Below, piece by piece: positions 18,864-28,120 of a DNA stretch of 57,334 nt. The number at the start of each line of letters is the position of its first letter. The stretch's first letter is position 1. Under the pieces are notes generated by a model. It saw only the letters and a program-made list of their open reading frames with translations. It did not search any database and was not told the origin of the DNA. The DNA lies in NCBI GenBank assembly GCA_043799385.1, contig JAZDNV010000018.1, positions 1 through 57,334 of the forward strand. The letters are read 5' to 3'. The DNA comes from Candidatus Aenigmatarchaeota archaeon (GTDB lineage: Archaea; Aenigmatarchaeota; Aenigmatarchaeia; GW2011-AR5). The position numbers and the translations under genes are program-made.

Positions 18864-19448
18864 ATGACGAAAACAAAGGAGAAACTGAACGTACCTAGGG
18901 AGAAATACCTTACAGCAGGCGTGCACATAGGCATGACTACGAAGACGGTGAACATGAAACGGTTCATATACAAAATTAGACCAACAGGATTAGCGGTGCT
19001 GAACGTCGGGACATTGGACAAGAGATTGGTTTATGCAGTTAATCTTCTGGCTGACATGAAAAAGATACTCGTTGTCTCGAAAAAGGAGAACGGCTTCGAC
19101 GCTGTAAAGAAATTCGCCGAGTCGATAGATGCAAAAGCGGTTACTGGACGTTTTATGCCAGGCTCATTAACCAATCCTTCATACAAGGAATTCTTCGAGC
19201 CTGAACTCATGATTGTTACTGACCCGCTGGCCGATAAGCAGGCAATAAAGGAAGCGATAAGCATGAGAATACCAATAATCGGTCTCGCAGACACGTTCAA
19301 CGACACGTCATATCTCGATCTTGTATTACCGTGCAACAACAAGGGCAAAAAATCGTTAGCGCTCGTCTATTGGATTCTTGCAAAGCTGATAAACGAAAAG
19401 CGCGGAAAAGAGTTCAAGCTCGTTGTTGAAGATTTCGGGTATGAATAA
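18864..19448 (+). CDS. rps2: 30S ribosomal protein S2
   Basis: YLTAGVHIG, GRFMPGSLTNP and PCNNKG. Confidence 0.97.
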   Translation: MTKTKEKLNVPREKYLTAGVHIGMTTKTVNMKRFIYKIRPTGLAVLNVGTLDKRLVYAVNLLADMKKILVVSKKENGFDAVKKFAESIDAKAVTGRFMPGSLTNPSYKEFFEPELMIVTDPLADKQAIKEAISMRIPIIGLADTFNDTSYLDLVLPCNNKGKKSLALVYWILAKLINEKRGKEFKLVVEDFGYE

Positions 19449-19472
19449 ATATTTTTCTGCCCAATTCTTATC

Positions 19473-20270
19473 ATGCGATTGCCTATTGCAGATGGCTTTT
19501 ATCCGTCTAATCCAGACGAATTAAGGAATGCTACAAACGTTTATCTGAAATCAGAAAAGCGTGTCAATGCATTAGGAGCGATTGTTCCGCACGCCGGTTA
19601 CGTATTTTCTGGCAGCGTCGCTGGTGAAACGTTCAAGTCTGCTAAAACGGATAAGAAAACATTCGTTCTATTCGGACCTAACCACACAGGCTACGGTCCG
19701 ACTATTGCAATTAGTAGCGATGACTGGAAAACGCCGCTTGGCGTGGTAAAAACAGACAAAGAACTGGTAAAAAAATTGAAGTTGGAAATCGCAGAAATTG
19801 CCCATAGATACGAGCACTCCTTGGAAGTGCAACTGCCGTTTCTGCAAACGCTGTACAAAGACTTTTCCATCGCGGCGATAGCAATGCAACAATTGCAGTT
19901 CGACAAATTGGAGGAGATTGCAAAATCATTTCCGAAAGACGCCTTCTACGTTGCGAGCAGCGACTTCACGCATTTCGGTCCGAACTACGGTTACGAGCCG
20001 ATTGGCGGCAGCGTAGAAAAACAATTAGATTGGGTAAAGAAAACGGATTCAAAATTAATAGACCTGATATGCAAACTTGATGCAAAACGGTTCTATTCTT
20101 CTGTCACAGAAAATGACTACACTGTTTGCGGTTTTGTTCCCATAACGTTGCTTATATTAATAGCGAAACGGCTAGGAGCAAAGTCCGTCAGGTTAGTTAG
20201 CTATAAAACCAGTTATGAAGTCATGCGAAACTCTTCTTTTGTTAGTTATGCAGGCATTGTTTTTGAATGA
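19473..20270 (+). CDS. MEMO1 family protein (AmmeMemoRadiSam protein B)
   Basis: PHAGYVFSG, GPNHTG, EHSLEVQLPFLQ, ASSDFTHFG and TVCG. Confidence 0.92.
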   Translation: MRLPIADGFYPSNPDELRNATNVYLKSEKRVNALGAIVPHAGYVFSGSVAGETFKSAKTDKKTFVLFGPNHTGYGPTIAISSDDWKTPLGVVKTDKELVKKLKLEIAEIAHRYEHSLEVQLPFLQTLYKDFSIAAIAMQQLQFDKLEEIAKSFPKDAFYVASSDFTHFGPNYGYEPIGGSVEKQLDWVKKTDSKLIDLICKLDAKRFYSSVTENDYTVCGFVPITLLILIAKRLGAKSVRLVSYKTSYEVMRNSSFVSYAGIVFE

Positions 20271-20277
20271 TTTTTGA

Positions 20278-20382
20278 TTATCCGCAAACTCCGTAGCCAC
20301 AATTTCGACAGAACGCGCAGCCTTCTGCAAAGACGAGCTTCGATCCGCATTCAGGACAGTTTTCATCTTGTATCATGTTCAT
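20278..20382 (-). CDS. Stand-alone zinc-ribbon peptide resembling the NrdJ C-terminal domain (not in ORF track)
   Basis: MNMIQDENCPECGSKLVFAEGCAFCRNCGYGVCG; GGAGG SD; directly downstream of cobO. Confidence 0.75.
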   Translation of the reverse strand: MNMIQDENCPECGSKLVFAEGCAFCRNCGYGVCG

Positions 20383-20399
20383 CAACCTCCTAATTTTAA

Positions 20400-20960
20400 T
20401 TAATACTGAATACCTTTAGTCATAGGTATACTTTCCGGGTGTTTTCTATCTATAACCTCATTTACAAAATCTGCTCTGTTAAAAAGTTCCTTTGGCGAAT
20501 GACGTCCGGTCAGCACGACATCCGTCCTATCTGGCAGATTATTAAGCAATTCGAGAACAGCATTAATATCCAAAAGTTTCCAGTGCAGCACGAGATTTAT
20601 CTCATCCAACACGAGGAGGTGCGGCTTTTTTCTTATTGCTTTCTTAGCGAAGTTCAATCCTTCTTCTGCAAGCTTCTTGTCAAGTTCCTTCACGTTCTCT
20701 ACGGTAAATTTCTTGTTCCCGAATTTGTAGACAACGGACCTTTTGTGATTTTTTTTGAGCCATCCTTGTCTGCCGAACTGGTATATCTCGTAATACGGTT
20801 CCATCCTTTTCGCTATCTTCCACTCGCCTGTATTTTTCCAGAACTTCAGGAACTGGATTATGACCACTTTGTGCTTGTGACCGACACTTCTCAAAGCAAG
20901 GCCAAGCGCATTCGTCGTTTTACCTCCGCCGCTGCCGGTGTACAGATAAACGTAGCCCAT
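20400..20960 (-). CDS. cobO: Cob(I)alamin adenosyltransferase (CobA/BtuR type)
   Basis: YTGSGGGKTTNALGLALR, VIIQFLK, LDEIN and VVLTGR. Confidence 0.92.
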   Translation of the reverse strand: MGYVYLYTGSGGGKTTNALGLALRSVGHKHKVVIIQFLKFWKNTGEWKIAKRMEPYYEIYQFGRQGWLKKNHKRSVVYKFGNKKFTVENVKELDKKLAEEGLNFAKKAIRKKPHLLVLDEINLVLHWKLLDINAVLELLNNLPDRTDVVLTGRHSPKELFNRADFVNEVIDRKHPESIPMTKGIQY

Positions 20961-20996
20961 AAAATCATTTTATAATAATTTACAGCGAAGTTATAA

Positions 20997-23060
20997 TCAA
21001 ACGTTGCACGTGGGGCAAACGTCCTTGTTGGCGCCGCCGTTGTCTATGTTCAATACCTGAACTTCACGGCTGCCGTAGCGATAAACGGTAAGGCCTTTGC
21101 ATTTCGTTTTCCAGGCGAGCATGAACGCCTTCTCGACGTCGTACGGCGTCGCATAGTTAGGGAAGTTAATCGTCTTGCTCACCGCGTTATCAGTATATTT
21201 CTGGAAAGCCGCCTGCATCCTAACGTGCCATTCTGGTGGTATATCCAGCGCAGTGACGAACAGTTTTCTTATCTTCTCCGGTATCTCCTGCATATTCTGA
21301 ATCGAACCGCGCCTTGCTATGCTCTTCATGAGCTCCTCGTTGTAGAGGTCGTTCTCTATTGCAACGCGCTCGAAGAATGGATTGACTTCGATTAACGCAT
21401 GACCTAAGCTTTCTGATACGTCGCGCACATAGGATATGGCGAATATCGGCTCGACGCCTGACGAGCAGTCAGCGATAACGCTCAGCGTACCTGTCGGTGC
21501 GATTGTCGTAGTTGTAGCATTTCTCATCGCCTTGTATTTCTTTTCCCATCTGCTGCCAGTGAAATTCTTGAACGAACCTTTCTCCAAGCCGAGCTCTTCG
21601 CTCATCTTCTTTGACTCATCGTCAATGAATTTCATTACCTCTTCCGCGGTCTTCGTCGCCTCGTCGCTTGAATACGGTATGCCTAGTTGAATAATGAAGT
21701 CAGCAAATCCCATCACGCCCAATCCAATCTTTCTATTGGCTTTTGTCATCTCTTCTATCTTTTTTATCGGATACTTGTTAGCGTCTATCACATTATCCAA
21801 AAATCTTGTAACGGTCCGTATCGTTTTTCTCAGTTTTTCCCAATCGACCTTGCCATCGATTACGAATTTTGTGAGATTAATGCTGCCGAGATTGCAAGAC
21901 TCGTACGGAAGCAGCGGTTGCTCGCCACACGGGTTCGTCGATTCGATAGCGCCTAACTTCGGCGTAGGATTGTATCTATTCATCTCATCGATAAAGACGA
22001 TACCGGGTTCGCCATTTTTCCAGGCGAGCATTATCATCAGGTTGAATAACGCCCGCGCGGGTAGCTTCTTCATCGCTTCCTTGTTTCGCGGATTTATCAG
22101 GTCGTATTCGCCATTTTTTTCGACTGCGTTCATGAAACTTTCTGTGACCGCAACAGAGAGATTGAAGTTAGCGAGCATGCCCTCGCGTTCTTTGCAAGTT
22201 GCGAATTCAAGAATATCTGGATGGTCGACGCGAAGTATGCCCATATTTGCACCCCTTCGTTTTCCGCCCTGCTTTATCACTTCAGTCGCCTCGTTGAAAA
22301 CGCGCATGAAGGATATCGGGCCAGAAGCAACACCGCCAGTCGATTTTACCGTATCGCCCTTCGGCCGCAAACGGGAGAAGGAAAAGCCTGTGCCACCACC
22401 GGACTGGTGAATCAACGCAGTGTTCTTCACTGCCTCAAAAATACTATCCATGTTGTCTTCGACCGGCAGAACAAAGCACGCTGACAACTGACCCAAATCC
22501 GTTCCTGCATTCATCAGCGTCGGTGAATTAGGCAGAAACTCCATGCTCGTCATAATCCTGTAAAATTCCTCTTCCAAATTGGCGATCTCTTCATCGCTTT
22601 TTCCGTAATTCTTCTCTACGCCTGCTATTGCTGCGGCGACTCGCCTGAACAATTGCGACGTCGACTCAATAATTTTCCTGTTCTCGTTTCTTTTCAGATA
22701 TCGTGAAGCCAGAACTTTTATCGCGTTTATCGATAATTTTAACTCGTCATTGACGCCAAGCAGCGCCTTAGCCTCGCGTATCGCAGTTCGCTTGTTACGG
22801 TATAAAATATACGCTTTTGCTGTCTTGTAATGGCCGCCCTCGACCAAGACTTTTTCAATCATGTCCTGGACATCCTCGACGCTAGGCACTTCATTGGCGA
22901 AATTCTTGTTCAGGTTCTCTAAAACCTTATCAGCAACGCTTTCTGCGAGCTTTTGATCGCGGCCGCCAACGGACAAAGCGGCTTTAAAAATAGCATTAAC
23001 GATTTTTTCCTTTTCGAAATCAACGATTCTACCGTCTCTCTTCTTTACTTTAGAAACCAT
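20997..23060 (-). CDS. nrdJ: Adenosylcobalamin-dependent (class II) ribonucleotide reductase with N-terminal ATP cone
   Basis: VKKRDGR ATP cone, FLPNSPTLMNAG, LSACFV, TNPCGEQ, TIAPTGT and DNAVSKT. Confidence 0.96.
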   Translation of the reverse strand: MVSKVKKRDGRIVDFEKEKIVNAIFKAALSVGGRDQKLAESVADKVLENLNKNFANEVPSVEDVQDMIEKVLVEGGHYKTAKAYILYRNKRTAIREAKALLGVNDELKLSINAIKVLASRYLKRNENRKIIESTSQLFRRVAAAIAGVEKNYGKSDEEIANLEEEFYRIMTSMEFLPNSPTLMNAGTDLGQLSACFVLPVEDNMDSIFEAVKNTALIHQSGGGTGFSFSRLRPKGDTVKSTGGVASGPISFMRVFNEATEVIKQGGKRRGANMGILRVDHPDILEFATCKEREGMLANFNLSVAVTESFMNAVEKNGEYDLINPRNKEAMKKLPARALFNLMIMLAWKNGEPGIVFIDEMNRYNPTPKLGAIESTNPCGEQPLLPYESCNLGSINLTKFVIDGKVDWEKLRKTIRTVTRFLDNVIDANKYPIKKIEEMTKANRKIGLGVMGFADFIIQLGIPYSSDEATKTAEEVMKFIDDESKKMSEELGLEKGSFKNFTGSRWEKKYKAMRNATTTTIAPTGTLSVIADCSSGVEPIFAISYVRDVSESLGHALIEVNPFFERVAIENDLYNEELMKSIARRGSIQNMQEIPEKIRKLFVTALDIPPEWHVRMQAAFQKYTDNAVSKTINFPNYATPYDVEKAFMLAWKTKCKGLTVYRYGSREVQVLNIDNGGANKDVCPTCNV

Positions 23061-23085
23061 TCTAACCCCACATCCACAGACAGAA

Positions 23086-23099
23086 TAATACTAGTATTA
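23086..23099. promoter_or_regulatory. Perfect palindrome upstream of nrdJ, candidate regulator site
   Basis: TAATACTAGTATTA lies between a TATA-like run and the nrdJ start. Confidence 0.35.
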
Positions 23100-23232
23100 C
23101 CCCTATTAAAAAAGGTTTGTGTCCTTGAAAACTGAAATGACTCATCAGTAGTTTCATTTAAAAATATGGTGGTTGTTACTTGGTTAGCACATAAAATGTA
23201 AGATTTATAAAAATTTTCATCATGTCATAAGT

Positions 23233-23967
23233 ATGTGGTACATAGATCTCAGTGTCAGTAGGATTGGAACTGCTGACGATAGATACTCCAACAATGGCGA
23301 AGATTTTGGAAATCAAGTTCCTCTTCAATGGAATATAGCTGTCCATCCAAACCAATCTGGAAGAATAGCAATAAACTATCCGGGCGTTGGTGGAAGTATC
23401 GATGGTTATGCCGACAAATACCTGAAGCTTGCTAATCTAATTCAGGAAAAAAATATTGCAGCAGTCGTCAGGACAGGCAACCATCCGTGGGCAGGCTTTC
23501 AATATGAAAAATCTTTAGTCGATGATTTGCGAACTGTTATTGATTATTCATTGGAAGCTAGTAAAGATATATGCGGTTCCAAAGAACCTGAGTTATATTT
23601 GATGGGCTTTTCTGCCGGAGCAAGCGCAGTTGCCGCGATAGCGCATGAATTCGAGAAAGTCAGCAGAATATTGCTCTTGGCTCCGTCCGGCGATGCAGGC
23701 GATTCAATCGTAAATCTAGGAAAATACAAAGGAGATGTATATATAACAGTTGGTGAGAACGATGAGATAGTCGGACAGGAAGCTGGTCTTTTCTTCTATG
23801 ATATGGCAACAGGCGCAAAATCAAGAAAACTTGTGATAGTTCCGAACTGCGACCATCAGTTCCGTGGAGAAATTAACGGAATGATAATGAGCAAAGCTCC
23901 ATTATGGGCTTTTGCTGGAGATAAGACATTCCCGAACCCGGAATGCGGGATTAAATTGTACGATTAA
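23233..23967 (+). CDS. Alpha/beta hydrolase
   Basis: GFSAG nucleophile elbow, GENDEIV (Asp) and CDHQF (His). Confidence 0.85.
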   Translation: MWYIDLSVSRIGTADDRYSNNGEDFGNQVPLQWNIAVHPNQSGRIAINYPGVGGSIDGYADKYLKLANLIQEKNIAAVVRTGNHPWAGFQYEKSLVDDLRTVIDYSLEASKDICGSKEPELYLMGFSAGASAVAAIAHEFEKVSRILLLAPSGDAGDSIVNLGKYKGDVYITVGENDEIVGQEAGLFFYDMATGAKSRKLVIVPNCDHQFRGEINGMIMSKAPLWAFAGDKTFPNPECGIKLYD

Positions 23968-24024
23968 AAAATTATTCTATTTTTATTAGAAATTGAAAAT
24001 TGTATTTGAAAAAGAAAATCAAGC

Positions 24025-25041
24025 TCAGCAGTTGCCGCTTGCTGTTCCCGCGTCGCCTGACAATACTGTTGAGCATTCAGTTGGCTCAGTTACGAATCCG
24101 CTGCAGATGGCTTTCTTGAATGATTCTGCATCCCTGCCACCGCTGTATTTCACGCCGTTTATAATCAATGTTGGCGAGCCACTTACTCCGTACTGGTTGG
24201 TCAATGCCTCGTCGGCCTTCAATAAATCAAGGCCTTCTTTGCTGAAGGCGCATGCCTCGATTTTTGTTGCGTTTATGCCCAGCTTCTTTGTGGCGTTCTT
24301 CCATGCAGCATCAAACGCAGTAGCATCGCGATAAACAGGATAACCGTTCTTGTTTATGTCCGCTACGTATTCCCAGTACTTGTCCGGGTAATACTTCATT
24401 ATGCACAGCTGGCGCAAATCTTCCTTTGCTTCAGGCGCTCCGTGCAACGACTGGACGGAATCAACCGTATCGCCGCCGACATTTGCTATGAACCTGACTT
24501 TAATATCAGCCTTGCCTTTCAAAAGATCCGCAACCGGCTTCATTGCCTCTTCCGCTTGCACGCCGTAAGGGCAGAAGGCCATCACATATAGGTTGACTTC
24601 TGCCTTTTCCTTCTTCTCTATTTCCTGAGTTTCTGGCTCGGTTGTTTCAACCGGTTTTGTCGTGTCCATTGGCTGTGATAAGAATAAATTCGTGCCGTCC
24701 TTTGTTATGAAAACAGGGATTTGCTGGCCCTGGTAAGTTGTCGTAATCTTGTACATTCCGTTCGTTTCTTCAACGCTTACAAGAGATACAGAACCTGTCG
24801 ATACGACGTTGGCGTTTATGTAGTCTATCGCCTTCTTTGCGGCGTCCTGCGCATTTATCGTGACCATGCCTGTTCCTGCGCTAGGCTTGCCTACAGTGAA
24901 TGTGAAAACTATGAAACTAGCGAGAACGACAATCATTGCAATCGTGGAAATCTTCCAGACGTTCTTTTCGCGCTTCTCTGCCTTCTTCTCTTCCTTTACC
25001 TCATTTTCAACGTCATTATCAGCGTGTTTCTCCTTTGCCAT
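24025..25041 (-). CDS. Membrane-anchored thioredoxin/DsbA-like protein
   Basis: N-terminal TM helix, YVMAFCPYG and GVSGSPTLIING. Confidence 0.82.
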   Translation of the reverse strand: MAKEKHADNDVENEVKEEKKAEKREKNVWKISTIAMIVVLASFIVFTFTVGKPSAGTGMVTINAQDAAKKAIDYINANVVSTGSVSLVSVEETNGMYKITTTYQGQQIPVFITKDGTNLFLSQPMDTTKPVETTEPETQEIEKKEKAEVNLYVMAFCPYGVQAEEAMKPVADLLKGKADIKVRFIANVGGDTVDSVQSLHGAPEAKEDLRQLCIMKYYPDKYWEYVADINKNGYPVYRDATAFDAAWKNATKKLGINATKIEACAFSKEGLDLLKADEALTNQYGVSGSPTLIINGVKYSGGRDAESFKKAICSGFVTEPTECSTVLSGDAGTASGNC

Positions 25042-25157
25042 TTTTACCCCTTAACGGTAGTATTAATCAGATAACCTTAAAAACCTTTCGTTGTGCCTTC
25101 CTCTTCCATAAGTTTAGTCCCAAAAGTATAAAAGCGTATTTTTTCAAAATAGATACC

Positions 25158-25391
25158 ATGACCGTTAAAGTATACACGACATCTGTCTGTCCTTACTGCA
25201 ACTTTGCAAAGGATTTCCTCAGGGAGAATAATGTAAAGTTCGAGGAGATTAACGTGCAACTGGACAGGAGCGCGGCAGAAGAAATGATAAAGAAAACCGG
25301 CCAGATGGCCGTGCCTGTAATCGAAATAGACGGGAAGATAATAGTCGGTTTCAACAAAGAGGCAATTAAAAAGGCGCTGAAGCTGAAATAA
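25158..25391 (+). CDS. Glutaredoxin-like / NrdH-redoxin
   Basis: VYTTSVCPYC and TGQMAVPVIEIDG..IVGF. ATG at 25158. Confidence 0.92.
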   Translation: MTVKVYTTSVCPYCNFAKDFLRENNVKFEEINVQLDRSAAEEMIKKTGQMAVPVIEIDGKIIVGFNKEAIKKALKLK

Positions 25392-25415
25392 AAATAGATA
25401 ATTCTCAAAATCTGG

Positions 25416-26222
25416 CTACTTCTTTTTCCCGCCGCCTAAAATATTATTAATATCGTCCAGTACGCCTTTAATCTTGTTATCTATATCCTCACGCTCCTTT
25501 GTCATCTGTTTTTCACGCTCATCTCTAATCCTCTCTGATTCCTTTTGCCCTCTTGTTTTTTCCGGTATCTTTTGCTCGGGCGTAACCCAACTGCCATAAT
25601 CAGGTTTTGTGGAGGAAGGCTGCGAACCTGAAGACGGAGAAGAATCGCTTGACGTAGACCTGATGAGACCTGACGCGCTTTTCTCCATCATCCATGCGCC
25701 AAGGAGATTTCCCAAAGCGCCAAAGTAATTGCCTGTCGCCGCGCTAGTCGCGGCGTTAGAAAGATATTCCCTTGTCATCGGGCTGTACACGTCCCTTATT
25801 ACCTGGAACACGATGCCGTCCCTGTCTATTCCGCTGTTTGACAGTATATCAGAACGATATTCGAACGCCTGGCCAGTAGAATACCCCATCTCAACCTCAT
25901 ATTCATGAATTTTTGCAAAATCCCTGCCTATGCCCTTTATCGCTGCTGCTGAATAGACGACTAGTACGACGCCTGCGATTGCGCCTGCGATTGCCAGTTT
26001 TCCTGGCCGTTTCTTTTTCTTTTCCTGTAGAAATATGTACTTAGGCTCTTCAGGATTAACCGATTGCTCATTCAAAGAAGCGTGTCTGTACCCATCTGGA
26101 AGATTACCGTCACCTGTGCTCGGTGTGCCTTCATTTAATATCTTGTTGAGTTCATGGAGTTTTCTTAGAAAATCATCCGAGGTAGAATTATCTTTACCGT
26201 TTGTTCCTTTCGGATACTGCAT
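25416..26222 (-). CDS. Hypothetical membrane-anchored protein with Ser-rich linker and coiled-coil tail
   Basis: 268-aa ORF with a TM helix after a basic patch. Confidence 0.65.
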   Translation of the reverse strand: MQYPKGTNGKDNSTSDDFLRKLHELNKILNEGTPSTGDGNLPDGYRHASLNEQSVNPEEPKYIFLQEKKKKRPGKLAIAGAIAGVVLVVYSAAAIKGIGRDFAKIHEYEVEMGYSTGQAFEYRSDILSNSGIDRDGIVFQVIRDVYSPMTREYLSNAATSAATGNYFGALGNLLGAWMMEKSASGLIRSTSSDSSPSSGSQPSSTKPDYGSWVTPEQKIPEKTRGQKESERIRDEREKQMTKEREDIDNKIKGVLDDINNILGGGKKK

Positions 26223-26252
26223 AATAGAACTTGCCTGAAAAGATATAAAAAA

Positions 26253-27242
26253 TTACTTCTTCCTCTCGACCAGATAATCGATGAATAAATCCAGCGTATC
26301 CCTCAGCTTGGGCGGCATTTTCGCTGTAATCGCTTTTGCCTTCTTTATAAGCCAATCTGCCTTGCGTTTGGCATAATTAACTGAGCCATATTTCTCAAAT
26401 AAAATTTTTGCATAGGTTATGTCATCGATTGACGTCTCTTTCACCTGTTTGTTCAGTATGCTCAATAATTTCTTTTCTTCTTCTTTGCTGCATTTGCTTA
26501 GGCAATGAATCACGAGTATGCTCCTTTTCCCTTCCTTGACGTCGCGACCAATCTCGCCGCGGCCTTTTCCTTCTGTTAGATCGAGCAGATCGTCTATTAT
26601 CTGGAACGCAGGGCCGATGTATTTTCCAAGCTCATCTATGCGATTAATCGTTTTTTCGTCCGCACCGGCAATCACTGCTCCGCCAATCATCGGAAGAGCG
26701 ATATAGTATGCGGTTTTGTGCAGGACCGCGTCCATGTAATCGCGTTCTTTAGGGCGGTCGTTATTCCTGAGGTTTATGTCCATCGCCTGGCCTTCGGCTG
26801 TCTTAATTGCCGTGTCGACCATCATCGCCATTAACCGCAGGGTTTTCTTCTCGTCCACGCCACGCTTTCTTGATCGCAATATTAACTCAAATGTTTTCTG
26901 CGACATGTAATCGCCGACATTTATCGCGTGTGCAATGCCGTATTTTTTCCAGACCGTTGGCTTATTCCTTCTAACCGCGTCGCCGTCTTCTATATCGTCA
27001 TGGATAAGAAGCCAGTTGTGCAGGATTTCGCAAGCAGCCATGAACGGCAATGCTTTCTTTGAGTCACCGTTCAATGCTTCGCAGACCATTATGCCCATAA
27101 CAGGGCGAATCCTTTTACCGCCTGTAGACAGGTGATACCACGCGGCGTCGTTCAGGTTATTCAGGCCTTTTTTTGGAAAAACAGCAGCTATCTCGCGGTC
27201 AATCATTTTTGATTTGGCTTCCAATATTTTCTCAACATTCAT
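26253..27242 (-). CDS. idsA: Polyprenyl synthetase (GGPP synthase-like)
   Basis: GGKRIRP, first Asp-rich motif LIHDDIED..RR, EGQAMD, KTA and FQIIDDLLD. Confidence 0.92.
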   Translation of the reverse strand: MNVEKILEAKSKMIDREIAAVFPKKGLNNLNDAAWYHLSTGGKRIRPVMGIMVCEALNGDSKKALPFMAACEILHNWLLIHDDIEDGDAVRRNKPTVWKKYGIAHAINVGDYMSQKTFELILRSRKRGVDEKKTLRLMAMMVDTAIKTAEGQAMDINLRNNDRPKERDYMDAVLHKTAYYIALPMIGGAVIAGADEKTINRIDELGKYIGPAFQIIDDLLDLTEGKGRGEIGRDVKEGKRSILVIHCLSKCSKEEEKKLLSILNKQVKETSIDDITYAKILFEKYGSVNYAKRKADWLIKKAKAITAKMPPKLRDTLDLFIDYLVERKK

Positions 27243-27290
27243 TTTATCATTTTATTAAAACAATCTTAAATATCTAGAACATATCAAATT

Positions 27291-27388
27291 GGTTGTCAAC
27301 TAATCGGGCATTGACATATGAAAGTGTCAATACCCAACAGGAAGGGATATCATCGTTATAGATGCTATCCATTAATCAATTGACAACC
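27291..27388. mobile_element. MITE-like element, family B
   Basis: 14-bp imperfect TIR (12/14; GGTTGTCAACTAAT / ATCAATTGACAACC), 10-bp flanking direct repeat ATATCAAATT / ATATCAAACT, and two internal hairpins. Confidence 0.68.
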
Positions 27389-27427
27389 ATATCAAACTTT
27401 TTATTCAGAAAGTCACATAAATTAGAC

Positions 27428-28087
27428 ATGGTTGAAGGTGTAAAAAGAATCTCAACGGGAATACGTGGCCTTGACAAGCTGACAAAAGGCTTTGTTCAGG
27501 GCGATGTCTATTTCATAACAGGCGGGACTGGGAGCGGAAAAACGATATTCTGCTGCCAGTTTATTCACGAAGGGCTCAAAAACAATGAAAAATGCATATT
27601 CTTCTCGCTGGAAGAGCGGCCGGATAGCATAATGAACGATGCCGACAGCTTCGAATGGGATTTCAGGAAATCTGAAAAGAGCGGGCGCCTGCTCATCGAA
27701 TACCGCGACCCGTTCGAAACAATAAATATCGCCTCGGCGGTGAAAAATAGGATAGAGAATTTCAATGCAACGCGAGTCGTTATAGATTCCACTTCGCTGT
27801 TCGGAATCGTGTTCAAGGACGAGAACGAAATGAGACGTCAGTTGTACGAATTGATAAAATTGCTGAAAGAGACGAACTGCGTAACGCTTCTCACGGGCGA
27901 GATTCCGTCCGGTTCGGATAAGTTATCGCGATTCGGCGTCGAGGAATTCGTTGCGGACGGAGTCATAGTCTTGCATCATTCGATAAAAGGGAGAAGCCTG
28001 TTCATAAAAAAGATGAGAAAGACAAAGCATGATGACAAAATGCATGCAATGAGGATAACCAGCAGTGGCATAGAAGTCGCCGACTAG
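27428..28087 (+). CDS. KaiC-like single-domain RecA-superfamily ATPase
   Basis: ISTGIRGLD, Walker A GGTGSGKT, SLEE, VVIDS, EEFVADGVI and KMR.T.H. Confidence 0.9.
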   Translation: MVEGVKRISTGIRGLDKLTKGFVQGDVYFITGGTGSGKTIFCCQFIHEGLKNNEKCIFFSLEERPDSIMNDADSFEWDFRKSEKSGRLLIEYRDPFETINIASAVKNRIENFNATRVVIDSTSLFGIVFKDENEMRRQLYELIKLLKETNCVTLLTGEIPSGSDKLSRFGVEEFVADGVIVLHHSIKGRSLFIKKMRKTKHDDKMHAMRITSSGIEVAD

Positions 28088-28120
28088 AAAGCATTTATCT
28101 CTTTTTTGAGTAATGTTATT

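Noticed and set aside
20278-20382. Small Cys-rich ORF as ribosomal protein L40e
   Set aside because: It lacks the L40e basic motifs and matches the NrdJ C-terminal zinc-ribbon pattern better.
23060-23232. Cobalamin riboswitch or NrdR box upstream of nrdJ
   Set aside because: No B12-box consensus is present, and the resemblance to an NrdR box is weak.
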